Of a stretch of DNA of 64,000 bases, positions 51,301 to 64,000 are shown piece by piece. The notes beneath the pieces are model-generated. The model was not told the DNA's origin and made no database searches. It was given only the letters and a program-made list of their open reading frames with translations. The DNA comes from Octopus sinensis. Taxonomy: Eukaryota. Location: NCBI RefSeq assembly GCF_006345805.1, contig NC_042999.1:15686001-15750000 (forward strand), in the 5' to 3' direction. Each line of letters begins with the position of its first letter. Position 1 is the first letter of the stretch. The translations under genes and the position numbers were made by a program.

Positions 51301-51741
51301 AATAATAACCTGGAATGATATTTCTTGCAATGCAATTTCAATTTAGAGGGGGAAAGATTTTTATTGAATTAAAATTGATAATGGACAATTTTATATTTTT
51401 CAAGTGAAGGTACAAAGCTTAGTGGTCTGGGTGCTGCACTCATAATTGCAAGATGAGGGTTTCAATAAATGGACCAGGTTATGCGATATGTTCTTGAATG
51501 AGCTAAATCATTCCACATTGCTTTGCAATCACTTTGGCACCTGACATATAGTACACCATGCACCTGATCGGTCAATGTTGATTTGATGGAGGAAGTCAGC
51601 TAATGTACAGTTCATACATTTGAGCACTACAAACAACTCATTCATTCAGGTTGTTCAGCAAGAAATTACAGAACTGTGTTTCTTGGACTACAAGAAACTA
51701 CCATCATCACCATATTGCTTTTACAATAGAACCTTAGTTGA

Positions 51742-51932
51742 CATCATCATCATCATTGTTTAACGTCCGCTTTCCATGCTAGCATGAGTTAGACGATTTT
51801 GACTGAGTGCTGGTGAACCAGATGGCTGCGCCAGGCTCCAATCTTGATCTGACAGAGTTTCTACAGTTGGATGCCCTTCCTAATGCCAACCACTCCGAGA
51901 GTGTAGTGGGTGCTTTTACATGCCACCGGCAC
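51742..51932 (-). mobile_element. RTE 3'-tail copy
   Basis: (CAT)n is followed by TAACGTCCGCTTTCCATGCTAGCATG...GGATGCCCTTCCTAATGCCAACCACTCC. Confidence 0.85.
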
Positions 51933-54644
51933 CACAATTAGTCCATGGTACTATGAAGGCAGCAAATTGGCTGAGTTATTAGAGAGATGGATAAAATGCA
52001 TAATGAATGGTGTTTATTTTGACATTTTGCAGTCAATGTTCAAACCCTATCAATGTCAACTTTGCATTTCTTCTTTTCAGAGTTAATGAAACAAAATTCA
52101 CCAATTCAGGGGGATAGATTGGCAGAACTATTAGAGCATTGGATGAGATAGTTTGCAGTATTTGTTCCACTTCTTTGTGTTCGATGAACAATGCCTGTAA
52201 TAACATTACTGCTAAACTGTGACCCTAAAGCAATAACCTTTTCCCTTGAACAACATCACTGGTGTGGATAGGAAAGACTTGCCATGCATCAGTAGCTTCC
52301 AGTATTCCACACAAAAATAAACATTGCCCAGGTCTTCACATGCAACCCAACCAATGGAAGCCTCTATTTCATATATATTTTGTATTCATAATACTATAAT
52401 GTTGGTGATATGAATCTGATCTACAATATATTATCCTAATCAATGTACATCTTTATGATGAATGTTGTTACAATTTAATCTACCTAAGATTTGTTGTGAA
52501 TGTAGAAATTAATTTTACATACTACTAAATAACATCTGTCTTAGCTTGAACTAGAGAATGCATATACTGATAATACATTCATACTCATTTATATAGAAAT
52601 ACATAGACACACATATATAACATATATAAGATTTGAGGAACTTTTCTATATCAAAAGGTAAAACATAAAAAATAGCATGTAGAAAGGGAGAAGAAGAAAT
52701 AGAACTGAGGAAAAGATAAATGAGAAGCAAAATAAGATTTGATCTTCTTAGAATAGATATGTTAGATTTTTGCTAACCAAGCTATCTTATAGCAAATCTA
52801 ACCCATTTTACCAAAACTGTGGTCTATTACTTTGCATTTTAGCATTCTTCTGTGCTAAGCTTGGAACCAAGCAATCTACACTATGACATTTACTGAGTGG
52901 AAACTTGTAAAATTTTGCCCGTCATTTGGACAAAGTTAAAATACAAATTAATGGTTTTAAGATTTCATGAAGAACGGCAAGAAGGTAGAAAAAAAAATTG
53001 TTGCAAAAGCCATGGAAAAAGAACGACAACTTGACAAGCAGATTGGAAAAATACTATATCCATCCATCTTGTCTATAAAAAAAAAACTTTGAATGTGTAA
53101 CCTGAACAAGGGCTGTGTTGCAGGAATTACTATTCAATAAGTATTACATAATTTTCATCCTACAAACAAGGTTGGAAGAAGAAATAAATAAGAGCCATAC
53201 CAATGGATTTCAAATGCTCAGTCTAATAAAGATCATGAAAAATACTCCAAACCATGAGAAACTAAACTGATAGCAGCCCTTGTTGAAATAAACAGTGCCT
53301 AGCATTCTATTCTTAATAGAAGTATATTGCAGTTATTGTTTTGTTTATATATTATGAGTTAGAATTTAATTAGTATTTTCCTGCATGGTATTAACTAATC
53401 TTTCTTAAGAATTACTTTTATATTTTACATTTTATACAAAACATGAGCATAATATGTTAATTAGAAATGGTGTTTTTTACCAGACTGCATATCAAAAATA
53501 GCAATTGGAAAGGGAGAGACAACTGGAAGATAGAATCATTAAATTTAAAGATGTGGGGAAATCGTTATGAATAGAAAATAATGAACAAAAAATATTACAA
53601 TAAACTGAATATGGAATAATCTTGTGAACAGAGACAGGGAAAAACAAAAGTGTTTAGTAAAGTGAAATATAATTTTGATTGTGAAGTATGTTTATACGTG
53701 AAAAATTTATTGAGTGATGGTAACTTAATAAAAATAGATATTCAAAACATCAAGCATAACATAGTTATTAAAAGCACATGAAGTTGGCATGTTGTTCCAA
53801 TATTCAGCCAAAGTCATTCAGATTTTGAAGTACAGTAATACTTGGAATTTCAATAGATAAAATTGAGGCATGAATAGAGGAAGTTTTGGAGAGTGATTTG
53901 ACAGTGATTTGTGAAAATAGGTGATTTCATATTTATGAATGTATGTGAATAATTCATTTATAAACATAACTAGCGTGATGGTTGTGAATAACATTATAGA
54001 AATGTTCTGAGTTACCCTCTGTATTGTTAAAGTCATTATTAAATATTGTTTCATTTTGTGCCATATCTAAACAGGAAGAGAAAATATGATACTCATAATC
54101 AAAATGGAAAAAAAGTTTTTTTTGAAATATTTTAACTATACATAAAAATGAAAAATTAAATTTATTTCAAGTATCAATTAAGATTTCTTAGCTTATGTTT
54201 AGAGACTAAAATATGAACAACATTTCAATTAAACAAGTTTCAATGGCAAAAGAGGATAAAATTTCAGTCTCTGACACTGAAAAAAAAAAAAAAGAAATCA
54301 GAAATAACTAACAAAATATATTCACTTCACTTTTGTGTTTATCTGAAAATTTAAAAATCAAAGGCAGTGAGTAATTGTTGTAGCCGAGTAGATGGTTTAA
54401 TTTCATTATACTTCAAAAGCTTTAATAATTCTAAGCAAAATGCAACCAAGAAAACATTTTAAAATAGTTTAATAGCATGGAATCCATGACTAAACTTAAA
54501 TCTATGCATGTAATAGATTGAAGTAAATCTTCTATTCCTATTAACTTACAAAGACAAACACAATTAACTCTATGCATCAAAACATAAATATTCAGAGGTT
54601 GGGATTAAATAACGTTTCTATACAGGCGTAAAAAATATTATATA

Positions 54645-55020
54645 CTGGCCCCGTGTCGGTGGCACGTAAAAGCACCATCCGTTCGTGGCCGGTTGCCAGC
54701 TCTGTCTGGCCCGTGTCGGTGGCATGTAAAAGCACCATCCGTTCGTGTCCGTTGCCAGCATCGCCTGGCCCCGTGCCGGTGACACGTAAAAGCACCATCC
54801 ATTCGTGGCCGTTCGCCAGCTCTGTCTGGCACCTGTGCAGGTGGCACATAAAAAACACCCACTACACTCGCGGAGTGGTTGGCGTTAGGAAGGGCATCCA
54901 GCCGTAGAAACACTGCCAGATCTGACTGGGCCTGACGAAGCCTTCCAGCTTCACAGACCCCAGTTGACCCATCCAACCCATGCTAGCATGGAAAACGGAC
55001 GCTAAACGATGATGATGATG
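54645..55020 (+). mobile_element. Young RTE 3'-UTR-only copy with about 3.5 tandem 60-bp units
   Basis: It is highly similar to 10700-10956. Units start at 54645, 54706, 54766 and 54827, and there is a (GAT)n tail. Confidence 0.9.
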
Positions 55021-55484
55021 AAATGTAGTGCTCTGTTATGATAAGGGCAACAAAATGAATTATAACATTTTAAAATATAAATGTTGAAAATTTATTACAG
55101 AAAAATAAAGTTCTGTAGATTTCAAACAGATGATATGATAGCCAATTTCATGGCTTGTATAATTCTTGATCACCACTAAGTAGAAAAACTATAACTATAG
55201 TTACAAGTGTCAAGATTATCTCAGATATTGCAAAACATGAAAAACAAAAGTGTGATGGTATTCAGTTTAATCCTCTTTTTCTGCATAAGATGCAGAAGAA
55301 AAATAGCATACAATATTCTTATTTCATTAAAAATTCATACGTTTTGCTTGCAAATCCAAGATTTACATTTTGAAGTCTAGACAATGATAATATTCTATTG
55401 TAATGGTGCACTGAGACTGAGTGAACACAGAATATTTTCCCCATGGTTTCAATCATACAGTCTAAGAAAAGATTATAGATGTAT

Positions 55485-55850
55485 GGATGGATGGAAGCAC
55501 TCCGTTGGTTACGACGACAAAGGTTCCGGTTGATCCGATCAAAGGAACAGCCTGCTCGTGAAATTAACGTGTAAGTGGCTGAGCACTCCACAGACACGTG
55601 TACCCTTAACAGAGAGTGACAAGGCCGGCCCTTTGAAATACAGGTACAACAAACAGAAACAGGAAGTAAGAGTGAGAGAAAGTTGTGGTGAAAGAGTACA
55701 GCAGGGATCACTACCATCCCTGCCGGAGCCTCGTGGAGCTTTAGGTGTTTTCGCTCAATAAACACTCACAACGCTCGGTCTAGAAATCGAAACTGCGATC
55801 CTACAACCGCAAGTCCGCTGCCCTAACCACTGGGCCATTGCGCCTCCACC
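55485..55850 (-). mobile_element. tRNA-derived SINE
   Basis: The minus-strand head is GGAGGCGCAATGGCCCAGTGGTTAGGG...GTTTCGATT. The TSD TATAGATGTAT lies at 55474-55484 and 55851-55861. Confidence 0.9.
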
Positions 55851-58849
55851 TATAGATGTATATTAACAGTAATACTTAATAACAAACCAATATATATAAA
55901 TATAATATTAATCATTACACCACAAATAATATATCTTAAGAGAGCTTCTAACAGCTTGTTATCCAACCATCTTCCTATATCTGTATGAGTGTGGAGATAT
56001 AAAGACTCATTTTCTTGCGTGACAATCTACAAAACTTCATAATAGACATATAATGTTGATCACTCCCTTTATAGATACGTTATTAATGGTTTAAAGATTA
56101 ATATCATATTCATATGTACTGGTTTGTTATTTAGAAACCAATCTCTATAATTAATCCGTTGTTAATTTTCATTATTCCTAAAAAAACACTTTGCCTAGAT
56201 TCATGCCAAATTATAAAATAATGATTTTCCCAGTTTTGAGGTACTGTCAACTATTTACTTACAGATGTCTATGCTTGTCTATGAATGTGAATATATGTGT
56301 GGGTGTTTGTGTGTGTGTGTAAACACACACACCTACACATACATTCACACTCACAAACACATATGTAATTTCCACACTAGTATGTTACTTTTACACAATA
56401 CACTGGAATTAATAGGTGTCAGTGCTAATTTTCTAATAACTCAAAACAATTTAAACAAAATGATAGAGGAATTGTTTCAAAATATGAAAATCCCAAAATC
56501 TAGGTTTAACACAAAATATCCACACAAGGTTAATATCAATTTAATGCATAATACAGTATTAAACATATTCTATTTTTAAATGCTAGCATGAGTTGGTTCC
56601 TGAAGTATGTAAACATTTTTCTCTCAAGCTTATCTAAGCTTTGTCAGCTCTTCAAATGGTTAAACTTCACAAAGTTATATTTACAGGACAAGAGGGAAAT
56701 TGTGATATCTATTGTAAAGCCGTTTCTGTGCAATTACTGTTCTGTAACCAAGCCATAAAATAGTCTGAGAAATTCCCAACTGTGTAATACAAATTGAGAG
56801 TTTATAAAACTATGCTATATGCCAATAAAAAGAAAATCGTTTGATTTGTTTTGACTGAAACTTCCTCATAGCCATCAGAAATGAGTTCCATATTTTTGAA
56901 ACATTATTTCTATGCATTTTTACTGTATCTATTGTTTATTGTTACAAACTAAAGATAAAAATAATTTCATGAATGTAATAGAAAATTATTTGTCAAATAC
57001 AGAACTAAACTGAAGAGCTACTCTGGTGGCTTTCTATGAAGATAATATTGTTATAAATGTACATATAACAATAATCTTGATATCAATATAAACACAATTA
57101 TTCAAAGATATTATGAAACAATAACATTATATTTAATATGAATATTCTCTTCCGATGTGTTGAATTTCCTTTTCTTTTTTTTATCTTCATTTTCAATGAA
57201 CTAATAAACAATTGATTGATCAACATATTAAACACTGGCTAAAGGTTATGTATTTGTTTTAATATATCTCCAGGATTTTCTTTATTTTATAAAGAAATAC
57301 AGACATTCAAATTTTTATAATGTTTTCAATAATTGATTAAATCTGTTTTTTTTAAATAGAAAATCCATTATGTTGAACTTTGTGGAATAGAAGTTATGAC
57401 GGCATTCATGAATGAAATTATTGATGATATTGTTACTTTACAGAGTGGTGGAGAGACAGATGTAGTTGTATACCAGACTAAATGCCTCACAGAATTTAGA
57501 TATAGCCTTTCACATTCAGATTTCAATCCTGCTAGAGTTGTCTTTGCTTTTCTTCCTTCCAATTTCAATGAAAGAATTACCAATACTCCTTTCCTAAAAA
57601 ATTAAGTCCTTGTTCAAATATCTGAAGTTAATGATTACTAATTTGTTTATTTTTACATTTGCCATTGATAGGAAATGTGAAATGTTTGGAAAGATCATTC
57701 TTAGAAAAAAAACACAACTAAAACAAAAATGAATAACATAATCAAAGCTTTAAATGCTTTCCTACTGAGTATTAAATAATTTTCTTTTCTTTCCTTTTGG
57801 TTTTTAAAAAGCAAAATTGATTCTTTACTTTTGAAAGTAGTTAGTGATGAGTATAGCATACAAAGGATGAAATTGTCCACAATTGTAAGACATACTTCAA
57901 GTTCTTATGAGAGGTTAATTATAATATTTTTGACATCATTTAACCTTTTAAGATTACTTTTTGATTAGTAACAGTTGAATTTACATATTAGGTGTGTTAG
58001 ACATCTGTCATGATCCACGTTTTCTAAATAAGGTATATTTTGATGTTATTCTCAGTCAGTATCTGGTGATCTATTTCATAGAAATGTCAGGTTTAATCAC
58101 ACAGAAAGTATGCTGGAGGTGAGTTATGAGTAACAGTACTGATTTCATTATTTGCTAGTTTTTTTTCCCGGTCTCTGTGCAAGCCTATCATAAAAAGGTG
58201 GGAGAAATCTTCAGAGATTCATATATTCATGTAATTTGTAACTTGGAAAGCATCTTAGTAAAATTATTGATTACAGCAATGTCTGCGGAACCCAACACCT
58301 TCACTAAAGGGATATGAAATACTGTTACATCACAATTGTTGGCAAAGCTTTGTTAGCGTAAAATGTGTGAAACATTTTTGTAAATGGAAAATAATATTCT
58401 ACGATTCTGATGTTAACAAGCTGATATTATTATGTGTTCTAATAAGCGTTCACAAATATTTGTATAAAAAACGATCTCTGGAATGTTTGTTCAACATGTT
58501 TAAAACATGGCAGAGCAAACCAATTATTTTTCATAATATTACCTCAAGAAAAACTTTCATAAAATAGAATCTAAACAGATCATAAGAGACTACACACAAA
58601 TTTGAAATATGATTGTACATGCCATTAATTTCATACTGAAAACTATGTTAGTAATCATTTCAGTTGCATGAAAAATCCAAAGAACAAGTTACAACAAGAA
58701 AATAATAAAAGAAGTATATTCTATGAAGTAGGCAAACTCATTCACAACTTTATAAATCTATTGATCTATTTTCTTCTTCTATTGCTCTGTTAATACTACT
58801 ATAATCTTAGAAGTGACAAACTGTGTGGCAACTCCGTCTAGATACATCT

Positions 58850-59270
58850 GATGCACCAACCTCCCACATTATAACTCATGTTCTGGATAACACCCAGAAA
58901 CATGTCAGAAGGAAGCAGCATGAACATTCAAACATCAACATAATGGAGTGGTTCACAGTGTCATTAAAAGAATGATGATGAATGTGTACGTAAGACTTTG
59001 TGGAAACCTGGTGCACTGAATTTGTAGCAAATTTTACAATACTCCAACTTGTTGGCATTACACTTAAACAACGAGATCATCCAGAAGAGTTGCAGGAGTT
59101 TCCAAAATCGTCTGGAGGCTGTGGTTGAAGCCAATTTTATTGAAGAAATTTACTCTTTGGTATTTCAAGATATTTTTATGTAATTTTGGTAAATATATCT
59201 TTTAAAATGAGATGTCAGTGTTACTCTCATTTTTGCGTAATTTAGACAACAATATAATCTCTGCACCGTG
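58850..59270 (+). pseudogene. 3' end of a Tc1/mariner-superfamily (maT/DD37D-like) element
   Basis: NEIIQKSCRSFQNRLEAVVEAN-FIE resembles the C-terminal motif. The element ends in ...CTGCACCGTG|TA. Confidence 0.55.
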
Positions 59271-59371
59271 TATACATACATACATACATGTATATATGAA
59301 TATATATATATATATATATATATAATGTATATACATACAAACACACACAGATATATATGTACATATAACTT

Positions 59372-59403
<32 letters not shown>

Positions 59404-60233
59404 TGCACATACGTTTACATATATACACCTATACATACATGGTCACGATGTTTCTTATTAATGATCTAGTGTTGCTGTTAAGATATTTATTATGTAATGT
59501 CCCAATGTCTATTTTCTGTAGTTTTTTAATGCAAATTCACTTCTAAGCACTTCAAGTTAAAAATCCTGCAATTTAAATGTGATATCACAAGCAAAAATAC
59601 AGAATTATTAATGCACTTACAGAAAGCAACTTTATATATCTTTTAATAAAAAAACAGCTTTTTTATGTTTTATATTGACTAGGCTAGCATGTTAATTTGT
59701 CTTGATTTTTATCATCAATGCACAAAAAAAAAAAACTTTGTATTTTTGTAGTTTTTGTAATTATTGAGTGAAAAGTAGCATCATGAGAACCATTTCTTAA
59801 TCCAAATCAGAAGTATTTGATCTTTTACAGAATTTAGAAAATATTTATTAGAATTTAGTCAATCTGCTATATTGATTATTTCATTGTTGCTTTCTATGTA
59901 ATATTTTTGTCATTTTCACTGAAAAATGTTGTCCCATTAGAATGATGGAGTAGATCTAAAATTGTAGCATTTCATATTCAGTTAACTTTAATGGCAAAAG
60001 TAAAGAAGAGCATGAAGGAACAAAGAAGGAAACTCATGTGGAAAAATTATACTGCTAAAATCCCCAATAAAACACACAAAATTAGGGGCAATGAACCAGT
60101 GAAAGTGCATGTATATGGTCCCTTTCACTCCACCCAACAGTCTTAAAGAAAGGACACGATGGATAATGGATAATGTAGGCCAGGGTAAATTCTTCAGAGT
60201 TAAAATAAAAATGGACAGTCATTACTTGAATAC

Positions 60234-60326
60234 CTTTGATCAAAGATTTGCTCAATGAAATAAGAAAGATCCCGAGGATTACCGAAACCTTTTGAGAAAC
60301 AAAGAATGGGTATAAATAGCATATCA
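60234..60326 (-). CDS. Candidate 93-nt symmetric exon with a hydrophobic, signal-peptide-like translation
   Basis: The acceptor is tatttatattcAG and the donor is AAG|GTATTC. Phase 1 reads (V)ICYLYPFFVSQKVSVILGIFLISLSKSLIK, which joins in frame to exon 23641. Phase 2 is also open. Confidence 0.25.
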
Positions 60327-60607
60327 CTGAATATAAATAGTTGGAGGTCAATTTGTTTATGCAAATGTGTAAGCAAAAGTCTTTCAGATAAATCCACCTA
60401 TGAATGAATTCTTAGAAATATAACCATACATAGACATTGAGAATTAATAGATATGGATATGAGTAACATTTTATGATAGAGAAAGCATAGAGAACACCAG
60501 CTCAGATGAGCAGCTATAATCTTAAGCAAAGAAAAGTAGATGCAGAGAAGACACAAGTAAATAGAAATCAGAAATTGGAAATAGTTCTTGATAATTGATT
60601 TACTCAC

Positions 60608-60632
60608 CACAAATAAATATAAATCTATACAT
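60608..60632 (-). CDS. Candidate first coding exon MYRFIFIC
   Basis: An ATG and 8 codons are followed by a consensus G|GTGAGT phase-1 donor, compatible with 60234-60326. It is very short and could be chance. Confidence 0.2.
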
Positions 60633-61097
60633 TAAGTAAGATATTCATAGAGGAGAGAAAAGGAGAATTTGCAATGGCTCACATTGAATTTGATTTGATA
60701 TGTTTTGTTGACAGTTCAAGGTATGCCAGAAAATTATATGGGGCTGTATTTATAAATGAAATAATATACAGTAGGCTGTATTATGGATCAGTATCTTCTG
60801 ACTACATAAAGGAAGTTCAATCTCTTTGATGTGGATTTGGCAAAGTACTGAATGTGGGCTTTCTTAGAAATAGCGAAAGTGTCATAACTCTCTGAAAGAT
60901 TCTCAATCTCTTTGCAAACAATATTTCATTCCATTCATATACTTTTGATCTTTGTCACCAACAAAATTGGTTTTTCTTTCTTCGTATTCACACGTTCTAG
61001 AGAATAGAAGGTTTAGTATTTTCAGAGAAAGAAATATAGTATATGTTTACTGCACACGCTTTCCCTTCTGGTTTGGTAATATCATCTTTTTATGTAA

Positions 61098-61378
61098 TGT
61101 GTGTGTGTGTGTGTAATGTGTGCATGCGTGTGTGATGTATGTGTGTGTGATGTGTGTGTGTATGTGCGTGTGTGTATGAAGTGTGTATGTGTGATGTGTG
61201 TGTGCGTGATGTGTGTGTGTGATGTGTGTGTGATGTGTGTGTATGTAATGTATGTGTGATGTGTGTGTGTGTGTGATGTGTGTGTGTGTGTGTGTGTGTG
61301 CGATGTGTGTGTGCGTGTGTGATGTGTGTGTGATGTGTGCGTGTGTGTGTGATGTGTGTGTATGTAGTGTGTGTGTGT
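61098..61378. repeat. Compound (GT)n/(GATGTGTGT)n microsatellite
   Basis: Direct inspection. Confidence 0.95.
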
Positions 61379-62002
61379 ACTGATAATCATGATAATCAGT
61401 ATATTTTGCTTTAGCAATTTATTTCATCTTCAGTTTTATGTGGTTGCTAGTATATCAGTTATCTTAGCATAATAAACACAGTTTTAGGTAAGATTTGCTT
61501 TTCTGTAAATACTTGTTTACAGAAATTGTTTGAAAAAGGTATAAGACCAAACCTAATGCTTTCCAGATCACTAACACCGACAGAGATTCTTTGATCTTTC
61601 ATCCTTCAAGTCACATTAGATAACATGAAACGCTCCATAAGTTCTTACAAATTGGTTATTTAATTTAAATGTAATTAGTATAATGAGTAAATCAATGACA
61701 CAAAAGAAAAGAAATACGTCTCAACACAATTCCTATACAATTGTTTTTAGTACAACAATTAACCTCATCGTAAGAGATGAAACATTTTCCTTTATATTTA
61801 CATCAACTTTGTAGATGTAAATAGTAAAACACTGTTTCATCTTTAAACATGGGGAAAATAGCCTTAAAAATAATAATTGTCTTAACAATAACTCATTTCA
61901 GAAACTTTGAGATTTAATAATGCATAAACATGTGCATTATATATTTAATAATATATGGACATACAGACAAATATCTAACAAAAACACTGATTAAAAAAAT
62001 TC

Positions 62003-62033
<31 letters not shown>

Positions 62034-62402
62034 AACAAGCACACACACACAGAGTTAAGAGGTTTTACATGACTACAGTTATATAAAAAAAAAACACAAA
62101 AAAAATTGCTTTAAGAACTTTATCATAGATAAAAGAAAAAGCATTCACATTTTTACCAAAATATGATACTGGCTTTGATCACTTTAAAAGATGATTTAGT
62201 CAGGCTGAAATAAAAGGTAAAATTAAATGAAATTAACTAAATTAATTTCATTTAATTTATTTTAATTCATTTTCTCTCTTATTTCAGCATAACTAAATTG
62301 TTGTTTAAAAACATTGAAACCGGTAGCATATTTTAATAAAAATGTAAATATTTGTTGTTATCCATAAAAAAATTCTCTTTTTGCTTTTCAACTTTCATAT
62401 AC

Positions 62403-62410
62403 ATATATAT

Positions 62411-62470
<60 letters not shown>
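62403..62470. repeat. (TA)n microsatellite
   Basis: Direct inspection. Confidence 0.95.
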
Positions 62471-62471
<1 letters not shown>

Positions 62472-64000
62472 GTACAGTGTATGAGTAAAAGCAAAGAAAA
62501 TTAGGCAAATAATATAAGACCACAATGACGAATGTTAAGAAAACAAAATAACTAAATATAGTGAACATTCAAATTGTGAAGTGAGTTATTTCAGCAGATA
62601 TACTATATACTGAGTGATAACATCATGAAAAAAATATCTAAACAATCACAGACAGTACCAACACAAACAGTCATCGTTATATTTCTTTGGTGACATCAGA
62701 TAAACGAATTCTCATAAAATAATGATAAAAGAAGATAATTTAGATGACAAGAAATTTCAAAGTGATTTGTGAAAATAGGTGATTTCTTATTTATGACTAT
62801 ATGTGAATAATTTATACACATAATGAAAGTGAAAACGTGAATATCTTTGTAGAAATGTTTGGATTTACCCTCTGTTGCATTAGGTTCAATTTTAAAAATT
62901 GTGTTATATAATGGCACACCTAAATTAAATGAAAAAGAAAATACAAAATTTATGAAGCGTTTACCTTTTTTTCAAAACATTCCACATTTATATTTGAATG
63001 AAAAGTTAGATATAATTTACATGCTCCTTGTTTTTAGTTATTGAAATATTGCATGATTTCAATGAATAACATTTTTATATGAATCAATAAACAAACTAGT
63101 AGAGTCATTGATGGCTTTCCCAGAGGATTGAACACATTGATATATATATATATATAAATAAATATATATATATATATAATTCCCATAAAATTGTGTGGAG
63201 TGTTAGGCCATAATAAATAGTAAGTAGATGTTTTTATTAAATTAATATAATTACATACATAGACAGAAAAACAAGATGATGTGACACTCATACCTTTATA
63301 AGGGTATTTATGAGATGAATTAGGTAGCTTTGAGTAGAAACTGGAATTGGACCAATGATTGAGTCTCACAAAAACATATCACTGTATTATATAAATGCAT
63401 ACTCTCATAATCTAAGACAAATTCCATTCATACAATCAAAAGTTCACATATTCAACAGTTTTAGTTATGCTCTTAATTATCCTTCTTTGTTCTTATTTTG
63501 TTATGCCATGTGCTATCAGTTAATTTTTTTACACCAAGATTAGAAAACCCTTTACCCACGGGTGAAATTTCACCTTCATTTTACGTTTGAAACAGCTTGC
63601 TAACAAAGTTTTCAATATATATATATATATATATAAACAGTTGAAAAATAAGGCATAAACACATTTGTGATAACCAAATAAAATTTTGTAGTTCATTTGC
63701 TTTTTTTTTTTAAAGATTTTTAAATGATTTTATATACTGCATAGATGAAATCCCTTCTATGACAGAACTGAGAAAATGAATTGCTGACTTTAGTTCTTTG
63801 ATGAAAAATAGACATATCATTATTTTTAATAAAACTATATCAAAAATAGTATGAATTATTTGTAGATTCAGATGTAGTTTATCAAAACTACTATCTTCAA
63901 AGCCTACAATTTGATCAAGCATAATGGATAGGAAAAACTTCTATCAATTTTAAAAGAAACTTTATGCAAACAGCATTCTATTTCAAAAGCCATAATAATA

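Noticed and set aside
57396-57605. 69-aa ORF
   Set aside because: It overlaps a degenerate family-A-like SINE head and is not protein-like.

Overview
This is AT-rich, repeat-dense eukaryotic DNA. The SINE, RTE-LINE and MITE families and the abundant TA/CA/TATG microsatellites look like an octopus (cephalopod) genome; that assignment is inferred from repeat content. Most of the window appears to be intron sequence of one minus-strand gene. Its only well-supported coding exon (23419-23641) encodes ...APIVIESSMRASHQIVSHVLNILLEEVIGFTNVIV..., which resembles the start of a type II periplasmic-binding (ProX/OpuAC-like) domain. Several small, phase-compatible candidate exons are weaker. The only long ORF (8483-10348) is the RT of a young, 5'-truncated RTE LINE with an 11-bp TSD and a PHD-type zinc finger embedded in the RT. 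The rest is a layered transposon record: RTE 3'-tail copies (one with a 4.4 x 99-bp tandem array), tRNA-derived SINEs, TTAA-flanked piggyBac-type MITEs, a hAT MITE, a fold-back mariner with two 5' ends, and decayed mariner, maT, RTE, Penelope-like and piggyBac-like relics. No rRNA, true tRNA or CRISPR array is supported. All family assignments come from motif recognition by eye, with no database search. Ends of decayed elements are approximate.
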